A stretch of 32,000 bases of DNA from Dehalococcoidia bacterium (lineage in GTDB: Bacteria > Chloroflexota > Dehalococcoidia > Lucifugimonadales > Lucifugimonadaceae): positions 676,224 through 708,223 of the forward strand of contig OZ220681.1 in NCBI GenBank assembly GCA_965116375.1, in the 5' to 3' direction. Shown piece by piece: positions 9,385 through 18,395 of the stretch. The translations under genes were made by a program, and so were the position numbers. How positions within the stretch are numbered: the first letter of the stretch is position 1; each line of letters opens with the position of its first letter. A model generated the notes under the pieces. The model worked only from the letters and a program-made list of their open reading frames with translations. It searched no databases and was not told the DNA's origin.

Positions 9385-10341
9385 AAGTTTCAAGGCTTGG
9401 AGTGGACTCTTGCCGTTTAGGCCCTGGTGCGGTCTCTCCGTGTTGTAGTAGAGGAGGTACTCCACCAGCTCATCCTTCAACTCCTCCACCGATTCGAAAG
9501 TCGTCTCTTCCAGCAGGTCCTCGTTCAGCGTCCGCCAGAAGCGTTCGATCTTCCCGTTGGTCTGTGGCCGGTAGGGCCTGGTGTAGCGGTGCTTGATGCC
9601 CAGTTCCAAGAACATCCGCTCCGTTGGATGTTGCTCCTTATTGGTGGGCGCTGCGACTTCCGGACCGTTGTCGGTAAGAATCTCCTCGAAGCGGATCCCA
9701 TACTCGGCGTTCAGCAGGTTGATGCTCTTGAGCGCAGCAAACATCACGCTCAGGCTCTTGAGATCGTCCACCACCTCCGCCCAGGCGAGACGCGTGCAGG
9801 AGTCGAGCACCGACACCAGGAAGTAGCGTCTTTTGGCGCCCACGATCAGGTCCTTGCTCAGGTAGTGGGAGTCGAGGTGGCCCAACTCACCAGCCCTGGT
9901 CTTGATGATCTGACGCTTGGACTGTCGCATGGGCTTGGTCAACCGGTTCAGGCCATGGCGTTTGGTGATGGCGTAGATGGTCGAGGGCGCTGGAGTGTGA
10001 GACTTCAGGACGGGCTTGAGTATGGCATATATCTCGTAGCGGTTGATGCCCCTCCGCCGCAACTCGATCACCTTCTCCTCGATGAAGGGGATGGTGCGGC
10101 GGCTCTTCCACCTGGGTCCCCGTTTACGGGGCAGAAGGGCGTCGTCCGCTCCCGAGTGGCGGTAGCGGTTGTAGTACTTGGCGAAGGTCTGACGGTTGGT
10201 GCCGTGGTAGGCGTAAAAGTCCTGCAGGAACCGGAACTGGTGATGGCGCTTGGCCTTGACCAGCTCGTACTCCCGGATCAGGAACCGGTACTTCTGGATG
10301 TAGTTCCGCTCAAGCGTGCGGTCGTTACTGTTGCTACGCAT
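9370..10341 (-). CDS. IS481-family transposase (HTH + rve/DDE integrase core)
   Basis: DDE triad context (GHLDSHYL, ILTDNGPE, NGKIERFWRTLNEDLL) and YTRPYRPQTNGK. Start chosen at the ATG preceded by GGGAGG (5-nt spacer); the track ORF extends to a TTG at 10377. Confidence 0.9.
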   Translation of the reverse strand: MRSNSNDRTLERNYIQKYRFLIREYELVKAKRHHQFRFLQDFYAYHGTNRQTFAKYYNRYRHSGADDALLPRKRGPRWKSRRTIPFIEEKVIELRRRGINRYEIYAILKPVLKSHTPAPSTIYAITKRHGLNRLTKPMRQSKRQIIKTRAGELGHLDSHYLSKDLIVGAKRRYFLVSVLDSCTRLAWAEVVDDLKSLSVMFAALKSINLLNAEYGIRFEEILTDNGPEVAAPTNKEQHPTERMFLELGIKHRYTRPYRPQTNGKIERFWRTLNEDLLEETTFESVEELKDELVEYLLYYNTERPHQGLNGKSPLQALKLLSTN

Positions 10342-10378
10342 CTTCGCCTCCCGATCAGCATGATCCATAAATGCCAAT

Positions 10379-10405
10379 CTGTCAGCGAATTACCTAACAT
10401 CTACA
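10379..10405. repeat. IS481 terminal inverted repeat (end next to the transposase start)
   Basis: ctgtcagcgaattacctaacatctaca, partner of 9358..9384. Confidence 0.85.
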
Positions 10406-10658
10406 ATTCCGAGCGCAGCCGAGGAATCTGAGACCGTCGATGGCAGCACCGGTGCAGTTCATACAACCACCGGCTTCAGCAAGTCCCGAATTGTCGGACA
10501 TCCTCCCTCAGAAAATCGCCAGGCCCTATCCCCACTTCGTCTTTCCGGCTAACAAACGTTATCCCGCCCTCCTATCGCGTCTCCCCTCACCCCGTTACGG
10601 GGCGGTATCCCGTTCCCACGGGCCAACGAATGTAGCAGACGACTCCCCATCCGGTGGT

Positions 10659-11936
10659 ATGGTCGCGTACCAAGCGTACCAACCCCAAAACGGAACTTAT
10701 CTGACCAGACCCAGAGACAGATTAGTGAGCACTTCAGAAGGCCAGTCCGAGTCGACCTTGTCGGACGCGTCCAGACCGTCCAGGCGGTTGCGGGTCAGCA
10801 GCAAGGTCTGGCGAAGACTCCTCATTTCCGTAATAGCAGTCTTCGTGTTCCTGCTGATCATCGACCTGGCCGTGGCCTGGTACTACTCGGACGTCCTTGC
10901 CGATGAAGGTCTGCGGATAATCGACGACGAGGCGAATTACACCCTGACGGCGTTGCCGGCCGGGGATGGCCTGGTTCGAATCGAAGGCGATTTGGCAGAC
11001 GACAGGCTGGACCGTCCCGGCGATTGGGGACTGGCCTGGGACGGCGGCCTTGCAAGAGTAGGTGAAGTGGTCGACGACGGGGAAGGATTCGTAACGCGGC
11101 GGATGACCGCTGTGGAAGGCCGGTTGCGTAGGGCGACGCCGGCGGAAATGTCTCGGCGCTTCCACCAGGAAGACCCGTTCGTCGCGTTTGGGATCCAGTA
11201 CCGGGAAGTCGAGTACAACGGCCCTCTTGGCGCTATGACCGCGCTGCAAATGGGTGGCCGGGACGACACGTGGGTCATATACGTGCATGGTCTCGGCTCA
11301 ACGCCCGAGGCTGGCATGAATTTACTGCCCGTGATCCACGAGTTGGACCTGCCTTCGCTGTTCATCAACTACCGGAATGATGAAGGCCTGCCGCGTGACC
11401 CGAGCGGGCGGCACCAGCACGGCCTGACCGAATGGCATGACCTCCACGCCGCGGTTGAATACGTAGTCGCCCGGCAGGACGTCCGCAATGTCGTCCTCAT
11501 CGGCCAAAGCATGGGCGGGGGGATAGTGATGAACTTCCTGTATGAGTCTCCCCTGGCGGACAGGGTGGCCGGCGTCGTGATGGACGCGCCCGTTCTGGAC
11601 TTCAGCTTCCCTGTTGACAAGGGCGGCCGGGACAGGAACCTGCCCACATTCGTCGTCTCCTCGGTGAAGTGGATGACGACCGCGAGGTTCGGGGTGGACT
11701 GGGAGGCGATGGACTACCTGAGGGACGCCGACAAGCTGAATGTGCCCATCATGCTCTTCCACGGCGAAATCGACCCGCGCATACCGGTCGAGTCAAGCGC
11801 TGAACTGGCCCGGCTGCGGCCCGACCTCGTCACGTTCAGCACGTATCCGTCCGCCGGACACGTGGAATCTTGGAACGTGGACAGCGAACGGTACGAACGG
11901 GAACTGCGGGATTTCCTGGTCCGCGTGGTCAAGTAG
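10659..11936 (+). CDS. Membrane-anchored alpha/beta hydrolase
   Basis: One N-terminal TM helix (LLISVIAVFVFLLIIDLAVAWYY), nucleophile elbow GQSMGG, and a C-terminal HGEIDP...GH pattern. The track ORF starts at 10440, but its first ~70 codons run through repeat-like intergenic DNA. The ATG at 10659 is preferred; the start is uncertain. Confidence 0.7.
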   Translation: MVAYQAYQPQNGTYLTRPRDRLVSTSEGQSESTLSDASRPSRRLRVSSKVWRRLLISVIAVFVFLLIIDLAVAWYYSDVLADEGLRIIDDEANYTLTALPAGDGLVRIEGDLADDRLDRPGDWGLAWDGGLARVGEVVDDGEGFVTRRMTAVEGRLRRATPAEMSRRFHQEDPFVAFGIQYREVEYNGPLGAMTALQMGGRDDTWVIYVHGLGSTPEAGMNLLPVIHELDLPSLFINYRNDEGLPRDPSGRHQHGLTEWHDLHAAVEYVVARQDVRNVVLIGQSMGGGIVMNFLYESPLADRVAGVVMDAPVLDFSFPVDKGGRDRNLPTFVVSSVKWMTTARFGVDWEAMDYLRDADKLNVPIMLFHGEIDPRIPVESSAELARLRPDLVTFSTYPSAGHVESWNVDSERYERELRDFLVRVVK

Positions 11937-11942
11937 TCTGCC

Positions 11943-13295
11943 TCACGGACCGGGACTGGACGTCAGCGCCTTTCGGATGGGAACGATCGCCGCGAAGAAC
12001 GCGCCAACCGCCGCGATCACGCCCGCATAAATAACCAGTCCTTCAAAGTCCAGGTTGCTGTAGACCAGGCCTGCGATTACCGGCGCGGACGCGCCGATTA
12101 TGGCGCCGCCGGTGAAGAGCATGGCGACCGCCGAACCCTCGGTCCCCGGCTCGATGGCGTCCATCGCCGCCGCCGTCATCACCGAGTTGATCGAAAAGAC
12201 AAAAATCCCGAGCAGCCCCAACATCACCGTCAGCCACACGCCTGAGTCCGCCCACAGGAAATTGAACAATATCGCCGTGATTGCGGCCATGCCGAGGACC
12301 ATCACCCCCCGCCTTCCGGTGCGGTCGGAAATCATCCCGAACACCGGACCGGCAAGAATCCCCAGGAAGGTCAACAGGCCCACGTGCAAGCCGATGCTGA
12401 GGTCGCTGTAACCAAGGTTCTCCTTCATGTGAATAACCAGGAACACGGCGAATGAGCGGTGCGCCATCCCCCGGAGCGCGCTCACCACCACCATGCCCAA
12501 TACCGCGGTGTTCCGCAGCAGAGGTCCGGTCGCTTTCAGGTACTGGCTGAAAGACGGCCTGGTCGTCTGGCCCTCTTGCGGCGATCGGAACGCATACAAC
12601 ACTGCCAGGCCCGTCAGCGCCGAGGGGCCCGCGTGCAACAGCGCAACGGTCTTCCAGCCGAACCCGGACCAGTTCAATCCCCAGAAGCTGATGCCGCCCA
12701 GCAAAAGGCCAACGATGATCGGTCCTGACGTATCGCCAATCGATCCACCTGACCTGTGCGCGGCGAACGCGAATGCCTTCTGATGCGGGTACTTGGTAGC
12801 CAGCGTCGAGAAGGCCGGCGCGTGCCACAGAGAAGTCCCGGCGCCGGCAATGGTTACCGCGACGAGCACCAGCCAGTAGTGGGGCGCCAGTCCGATGGCC
12901 ATATAGCCGACCGTCAGGCACGCCATGCTCGCGGTAAGCATGAGGCCGACCTGGCGCCGGTACATGTCCGTCAGGATGCCGGCCGGAACATTCATCGCGC
13001 CCATTGCGGCAGAGCGCGCTCCCTCGATACCTCCAACCGCCACGTCGCTGATGCCAAGCCCCTCCTTCAGGTGCGGCAGCAGGACGATGATGCCCTGCTG
13101 ATAGAAGTGCTTGACGGCGTGACCGGCCGACAGGCCAATAAGGAGCCTTTTGCTGGTCAACGTGGAGCGTTGGGCCCGCGCGGATTGGGAAACGGGGCCT
13201 GACTGGGTTTCGGTTTTGGATGCTGCCAACCGGGTGGAATCCTTGACCGGGAATGGACGGTTTATGCCTTGTAGGCCGCCGCAAGATTCTTCCAT
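11943..13295 (-). CDS. MFS transporter
   Basis: Multiple hydrophobic helices throughout, with MFS-like loop motifs. The track ORF extends to 13505 through an Arg/Trp-rich non-membrane leader, so the start was set at the internal ATG (13295). The start is uncertain. Confidence 0.75.
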   Translation of the reverse strand: MEESCGGLQGINRPFPVKDSTRLAASKTETQSGPVSQSARAQRSTLTSKRLLIGLSAGHAVKHFYQQGIIVLLPHLKEGLGISDVAVGGIEGARSAAMGAMNVPAGILTDMYRRQVGLMLTASMACLTVGYMAIGLAPHYWLVLVAVTIAGAGTSLWHAPAFSTLATKYPHQKAFAFAAHRSGGSIGDTSGPIIVGLLLGGISFWGLNWSGFGWKTVALLHAGPSALTGLAVLYAFRSPQEGQTTRPSFSQYLKATGPLLRNTAVLGMVVVSALRGMAHRSFAVFLVIHMKENLGYSDLSIGLHVGLLTFLGILAGPVFGMISDRTGRRGVMVLGMAAITAILFNFLWADSGVWLTVMLGLLGIFVFSINSVMTAAAMDAIEPGTEGSAVAMLFTGGAIIGASAPVIAGLVYSNLDFEGLVIYAGVIAAVGAFFAAIVPIRKALTSSPGP

Positions 13296-13665
13296 CCCTT
13301 TGCCGCGTGCGCAAGCGGCGCCGCATCCGTTCAGAATCTTGAATCCGTTCCGAGAATATCCGCGTCCGGCCTGCTGGGAAAACCACCCGCCGGTTACGTC
13401 AAGATTCCGCCAACTTGCGTGAAAGTCAAAAGCGCGGAATCCGGCTTTGCCCCGGCCTTGAGGAGCCACCATGCGTAGTGTAAATTTCCAGTGCGCCCAC
13501 AACATGTTGCGATTTTGGCGGGAGTCGATTCAGCAGTCTTGGCCGCCTTACTGGAGGTCTCGCGGCCGGCAATCCAGATCTGTTTCCGTACGTCATTCGC
13601 GCCGTAGCCAGCAGGCGCGGCGGATGCTCCGCCCAGCCTTGGTCTGAGCAAGTCCTTTAGCAAAA

Positions 13666-14211
13666 ATGAACTGTCCGTCTTGCGAAAACGAAGAGTCTAA
13701 GGTCATCGATTCGCGCGAATCGCCGGACGGCATCCGGCGCAGGCGCGAGTGCCTTCGATGCAGAAAGCGTTACACCACCTATGAGCGTGTGCATACCGTC
13801 CAACTCATGGTGGCCAAGCGGGACAATCGCCGGGAACCCTTCTCGACGGGCAAGTTGGAGCGTTCCTTTCGAATTGCGTGTGCCAAACGCCCATTTGAGG
13901 TTGGAGCCATTTCTAAGATGGTTAGTGATATCGAAAGGGAGTTGCACCGGCTCGGCAAGCCGGAGGTGGAATCAAGCGTGATTGGCGAAATGGCCATTGA
14001 ACGGCTCAAAGAACTCGACAGCGTCGCGTACATCCGGTACGCGTCGGTCTATCGCGATTTTCAGGACGAGTCCAGCTTCGCGAAAGAAGTCGAGGCCCTC
14101 GGCAGTGAGTCCACGTCCGGCAGCGGGCGCAGCCAACTAAGACTGATACCAGACAACGTGCCGCGCCTGGCCGATCGCGGAAGGAAGCGGCGGAAACTGC
14201 CGGCTTCATGA
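13666..14211 (+). CDS. nrdR: Transcriptional repressor NrdR
   Basis: MNCPSC...CLRC zinc ribbon followed by an ATP-cone (KRDNRREPFSTGKL...). Located directly upstream of a ribonucleotide reductase gene. Confidence 0.92.
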   Translation: MNCPSCENEESKVIDSRESPDGIRRRRECLRCRKRYTTYERVHTVQLMVAKRDNRREPFSTGKLERSFRIACAKRPFEVGAISKMVSDIERELHRLGKPEVESSVIGEMAIERLKELDSVAYIRYASVYRDFQDESSFAKEVEALGSESTSGSGRSQLRLIPDNVPRLADRGRKRRKLPAS

Positions 14212-14333
14212 CACGCGGCAGGGGCCTCCTTGCCGCGTCCCTGACCGGAGATTCTCCACTCCGGCTCACACACATTTGGGCACAACCAAACTATTGTTAA
14301 AAGCAGTCTTAACAGGACCCAGGAAAACAGCAG

Positions 14334-16781
14334 ATGACAACTGATCATAACGGGACTAGCGATTCCTTCCGGCCAGCCGAGTTGACCGAAAACGCGCGGG
14401 TCGTTGTCGAGAAACGCTATTTGCGAAAAGGCGAGGACGGCGAATACTCAGAGGACTCTCTTGGCATGTTTCGACGCGTTGCCGACGCCCTCGCCGAGCC
14501 GGACCGCCGGTACGGCGCAACCGACGAACAGGTCGAGGAAACGGCGCAGCGGTTCTACGAGATCATGGCCACCCTCGAGTACCTGCCGAACTCACCGACA
14601 CTGATGAACGCCGGGACCGGTGCGGGCACGTTGTCCGCGTGCTTCGTCCTGCCTCTGACCGACAGCATGGAGGGCATCATGGGCGCGGCCCACGACGCAG
14701 CCATGGTGCAGAAGTTCGGCGGCGGCACCGGGTTCGCACTGTCGGAGCTGCGCCGAAAGGGCGCCCACATCAAGACCACGCATGGCAAGGCGTGCGGCCC
14801 CGTGGCGGTCCTCAAGCACCTGTCCTCAGTCTCCACCCTCGTTACGCAGGGCGGAAAGCGGGACGGCGCAAACATGGCCGTCATGGACGTCCACCACCCG
14901 GACATCATGGAATTCATTGATTGCAAGCAGGTAGAGGGAGACATACACAATTTCAACATCTCTGTGGGCGTCAGCGACGAGTTCATGGAAGCCGTCGCCG
15001 GGGGTACCACCTATCCACTCAAGGCCCCGGTCGACCCGAGCGATTCCTATAGTGAAGAGGAGGAAGTGGGACGCCTGGACGCCAGGGAGGTGTTCGAGAA
15101 GATAGTCCAGGGCGCGTGGCGAAACGGCGAGCCCGGCATGATCTTCCTCGACGAGGTCAACAGGAACAGCCCGGTCCTCCACGTCGGGCGGATAACGGCC
15201 ACCAATCCCTGCGGCGAACAGCCATTGCTGCCAAACGAGTCCTGCAACCTTGGTTCGATAGACCTGTCCAAGTTCGTGATCGGCGAATACGCCACCGGTG
15301 TCTCCACTAATGGAGATTCCCCGAACAACGGCGCCGCTCCCCAAATCGACTGGGCGGGGATCGGCCACACAGTACGGACGTCCGTACACATGCTCGACAA
15401 CGTGATCGACGCAAACCAGTATGCCGTCGACCCGATACGCGACATGACATTCCACACACGGAAGATCGGCCTGGGAGTCATGGGATTTGCCGACATGCTC
15501 GTGCAGCTGGGCATTCCGTACGACTCGGAAAAGGGCATCGAGACCGGTCGCGAGATGATGCGGTTCATCATGGTGCAGGCCGATGCCGCCTCAGCCGAGT
15601 TGGCCAAGACCCGCGGGCCCTACCCCGCGTGGCACGACGGCGAGCCCAAGAGACGAGGCGAGGCGCCCATGCGCAACGCCTGCCGGTTGACCGTCGCCCC
15701 CACCGGCACCATATCGATGATCGCCGGCTGCTCCAGCGGAATCGAGCCGCTGTTCTCGCTGGCATTTCGCAAGCACAACATCCTGGAAGGCCAGACGCTC
15801 TACTACGTGGACCGGAACTTCGAACGTGTGGCCCGTGAACGCGGCTTCTACAGCGAAGAGCTTATGGGCTACCTGTCGGATGGCGGTTCGTTGTTAACGC
15901 GCGAAGACGTTCCGGACGACGTGAAGCGGCTGTTCCACGTGTCCGCCGACATCTCCCCTGAAAACCACGTGCTGATGCAGGCCGCATTCCAGGCAACCAC
16001 CGACGCCGGCATTTCCAAGACCATCAACTTCCCCAATTCAGCCACCGTCGAGGACGTTGAAAACGCCTACATGCTCGCCTGGAGAGAAAGATGCAAGGGG
16101 ATAACCGTCTACCGGGCCGGCTCACGCGAAAAGGAAGTGCTTACCACCGGCCACGAGGAATCGAAGTCCGCTGACGACGCGGCGGCAAGCAATGGGCACA
16201 TGCCCATACCCCAGTACGTGGCCGAGCGGGAGCGGCCGGCCAAGCTGTCCGGCACGACGCGACGAGTACGAACGGGACGCGGGAACGTGTACGTGACGGT
16301 CAACATGAGCGAGGACGGACGGCCGTTCGAGGTCTTCGCCGCGCACGGCAAGGCCGGCGGCAACGACGCCGCAATGGCCGAAGCCGTGTCGCGCATGGTG
16401 TCCCTGTCGCTGCGAAGCGCCGTGGACCCGAAGGACGTGGTGACCCAGCTACGCGGAATAACCGACATGCCGGCGTGGGACCAGGGCCAGTTGATTCGCT
16501 CCGTGCCAGACGCCATCGCGCTCGTGCTCGATGAGGTCATCGCCGAATCCGAGTCCAGCAGAACGCCACTGTCCGATGATGCCGGACAGTTGACAATGCT
16601 CGAACGGCCCACAGCCAGGGAACTGGGAATGCCGTCAGCGCAATCCGTCGACTTCATATCGGCTCCCGTCAGGGACATGGCCGAGATCCTGGCCGCCAGT
16701 ATGTGCCCGGACTGCCAATCGCCGTTGGCCCACGAAGAGGGCTGCGTCAAGTGCCACGTCTGCGGCTTCAGCCAGTGTTGA
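14334..16781 (+). CDS. nrdJ: Adenosylcobalamin-dependent (class II) ribonucleotide reductase
   Basis: LSACFVL, KFGGGTGF, GGKRDGANMAV, NPCGEQPL..NESCNLGS active-site run. C-terminal Cys-rich tail CPDC...CVKCHVCG. Confidence 0.92.
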   Translation: MTTDHNGTSDSFRPAELTENARVVVEKRYLRKGEDGEYSEDSLGMFRRVADALAEPDRRYGATDEQVEETAQRFYEIMATLEYLPNSPTLMNAGTGAGTLSACFVLPLTDSMEGIMGAAHDAAMVQKFGGGTGFALSELRRKGAHIKTTHGKACGPVAVLKHLSSVSTLVTQGGKRDGANMAVMDVHHPDIMEFIDCKQVEGDIHNFNISVGVSDEFMEAVAGGTTYPLKAPVDPSDSYSEEEEVGRLDAREVFEKIVQGAWRNGEPGMIFLDEVNRNSPVLHVGRITATNPCGEQPLLPNESCNLGSIDLSKFVIGEYATGVSTNGDSPNNGAAPQIDWAGIGHTVRTSVHMLDNVIDANQYAVDPIRDMTFHTRKIGLGVMGFADMLVQLGIPYDSEKGIETGREMMRFIMVQADAASAELAKTRGPYPAWHDGEPKRRGEAPMRNACRLTVAPTGTISMIAGCSSGIEPLFSLAFRKHNILEGQTLYYVDRNFERVARERGFYSEELMGYLSDGGSLLTREDVPDDVKRLFHVSADISPENHVLMQAAFQATTDAGISKTINFPNSATVEDVENAYMLAWRERCKGITVYRAGSREKEVLTTGHEESKSADDAAASNGHMPIPQYVAERERPAKLSGTTRRVRTGRGNVYVTVNMSEDGRPFEVFAAHGKAGGNDAAMAEAVSRMVSLSLRSAVDPKDVVTQLRGITDMPAWDQGQLIRSVPDAIALVLDEVIAESESSRTPLSDDAGQLTMLERPTARELGMPSAQSVDFISAPVRDMAEILAASMCPDCQSPLAHEEGCVKCHVCGFSQC

Positions 16782-16898
16782 GGCCAGCGTAAGGAGAGCA
16801 ACCAAAAAACTAATCGCTTTGCTGCGGCAACTTCCGACGTAAGGGAGTCTGCCGCGTAAACGGCTGGCATGATTTGCCAAATGTCAGCCCGCTTGCCA

Positions 16899-16931
16899 CA
16901 CCCGGCCGGTCCCCGGCCGGGTGACCTTTTT
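16899..16931 (+). terminator. Intrinsic terminator downstream of nrdJ
   Basis: Perfect 11-bp GC-rich stem cacccggccgg/ccggccgggtg with a 3-nt loop, followed by accTTTTTat. Confidence 0.7.
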
Positions 16932-17103
16932 ATGGAAGGAACGGAGAGTCCGGGCAAGACCCGCGGCGTACGGACTCCGGGAAGTCAAGCGTCCACGTAA
17001 CTGGCGCCGCGGATAATATGGTTCCCAGACCGGCTGCGACTCGTAAAACTATCACGTGGAAATCGTGTCGGACCAACTCATCCCGGCGAAGAAGGGGACT
17101 TGA

Positions 17104-17304
17104 ATGCGCATACCGCTGTTTCGTAGGAACAAGCCCAAAGCCGTCGATCCCGTCTGCCACATGGAGGTCGACACCCAAAATCCGCCCGGCGGGACCTGGG
17201 ACCACCAGGGCGTTACCTACTATTTCTGCGGACCCGGCTGCAACCGGGCATTCCAAAAGGAAGCTACCTCGTACCTCTCCGGAGAAAAGAGCGTCGAGAT
17301 GTAA
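17104..17304 (+). CDS. YHS-domain (TRASH-like metal-binding) small protein
   Basis: DPVCHMEV...YYFCGPGCNRAFQKE is the YHS-domain signature. 66 aa. Confidence 0.8.
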   Translation: MRIPLFRRNKPKAVDPVCHMEVDTQNPPGGTWDHQGVTYYFCGPGCNRAFQKEATSYLSGEKSVEM

Positions 17305-17374
17305 TGCGGCGTGCCGGGCAGGCGACGAACGGGTCGGCCAGGAAGCCCGGCAGCGCGCACCGGGACGGCACGCA

Positions 17375-17797
17375 ATGATCAGGGTCAACAGATACGTGGG
17401 AAGGCTCTTCGCCTACAGCCTTGTCGCCGTCTTTGTGCTGTTGATGATGGCCGGTTGCGGCGGGAACGGCGGCTCCCAGCAGGGAACCACCGACGCGGTC
17501 CAGGCGGGCGAAAAGCTGTTCAACACAAACTGCTCCGTCTGTCACGGCGTCGGCGCTGTCGGGACGAAACAGGGTCCGCCCTTGATCGACAGGACCTACC
17601 ACCCGGGCCACCACAACGATTTCAGCATTCGCAACGCAATCAAGAATGGCGTGCGGGCACACCACTGGGATTTCGGCAACATGCTGCCTGTCGCCGGCGT
17701 GTCCGAGGATGACGCGGAAAAGATCATCTGCTACATCCGCGACGCGCAGCTTGCCAGCGGCATCATCATAGCGGGCGAGTACGAATTCATGTGCTGA
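17375..17797 (+). CDS. Class I c-type cytochrome, lipoprotein
   Basis: Signal peptide with lipobox LLMMAGCGG, haem motif CSVCH, distal Met context FGNMLP. The track ORF from 17018 overlaps the YHS gene in another frame and is Arg-rich, so the internal ATG at 17375 was chosen. Confidence 0.75.
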   Translation: MIRVNRYVGRLFAYSLVAVFVLLMMAGCGGNGGSQQGTTDAVQAGEKLFNTNCSVCHGVGAVGTKQGPPLIDRTYHPGHHNDFSIRNAIKNGVRAHHWDFGNMLPVAGVSEDDAEKIICYIRDAQLASGIIIAGEYEFMC

Positions 17798-17856
17798 CCG
17801 GTAAGGGCCTCGTGGGTTAAGGTCAACGGGTCGAATCATCCTGCCGAAAGGAACGA

Positions 17857-18288
17857 ATGTTCATGGCCGATATAGACCTTGGGGACCTGAACTACCTGGC
17901 GGTCCTCGTCGGGATCATCTTCAACCAGGTGCTCGGCGCCGCGTGGTACACCGTCTGGAGCAAGCCCTGGATGGCCGGCGTAGGTCTCACGATGGAAGAC
18001 ATGGAGGCCATGAAGGGCACACCGCGGCAGTGGTACCCCTACGTTGTCGCTATCGTCAGCACTCTGGTGTTTACCCTCGGCCTGGCGATTTTGGTTCAGG
18101 GCATGGGCGCGGAGAACGCTGTTGACGGCCTCACGCTCGGGCTCCTCGCGGCTGTCGCCTTCATTGCGACGTCGTACGCCACTACGTACAGCTTCGAAAA
18201 CCGCGGCCTGAAGATTTTTCTGATCAACATCGGTTACCCGCTGATTTCCTACTCCGTGATCGGCATCCTGCTGGCCGCCTGGCAATAG
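17857..18288 (+). CDS. DUF1761-family membrane protein
   Basis: 143 aa with four predicted helices. The N-terminal LNYLAVLVGIIFNQVLGAAWY pattern is typical of DUF1761. Confidence 0.7.
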   Translation: MFMADIDLGDLNYLAVLVGIIFNQVLGAAWYTVWSKPWMAGVGLTMEDMEAMKGTPRQWYPYVVAIVSTLVFTLGLAILVQGMGAENAVDGLTLGLLAAVAFIATSYATTYSFENRGLKIFLINIGYPLISYSVIGILLAAWQ

Positions 18289-18395
18289 CACCAAGCGCCG
18301 CGAATCTTCGAGAGAACGATGCCCTCCATCTGGGGCGCATATCGAGGCGCTACTCTCAGCGGCCTGTCGTTTGACAGGAGCTCGGTATCCAGCGC

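Larger units (their letters stand above)
9358..10405 (-). mobile_element. IS481-family insertion sequence (1048 bp), complete
   Basis: Single DDE transposase ORF bounded by 27-bp imperfect terminal inverted repeats (22/27), both starting TGTA. Flanked by a direct 5-bp duplication ATTCC (9353..9357 and 10406..10410). Confidence 0.85.

Noticed and set aside
10440-10658. N-terminal 73 codons of the track ORF for the alpha/beta hydrolase
   Set aside because: This stretch starts right after the IS and the restored hairpin repeat. It contains further hairpin-like motifs (ccccgttacgggg, cccgttcccacggg) and is Pro/Ser-rich, so it is more likely 5' non-coding DNA. The IS therefore probably does not interrupt a coding region.
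14212-14333. Searched for NrdR boxes (16-bp palindrome of the acaCwAtATaTwGtgt type) upstream of nrdJ, and likewise upstream of nrdR (13506..13665)
   Set aside because: The best candidate, acaaccaaactattgt, matches only about 9/16 consensus positions, and no tandem second box is evident. Not reportable as a site. The hairpin acgcggcag...cttgccgcgt at ~14213..14240 lacks a T-run, so it is not called as a terminator.
17018-17374. Long N-terminal extension of the cytochrome c ORF, and the antisense ORF 16930..17388
   Set aside because: The extension is Arg/Pro-rich and overlaps the well-supported YHS gene in another frame. The signal peptide and lipobox begin at the internal ATG 17375.
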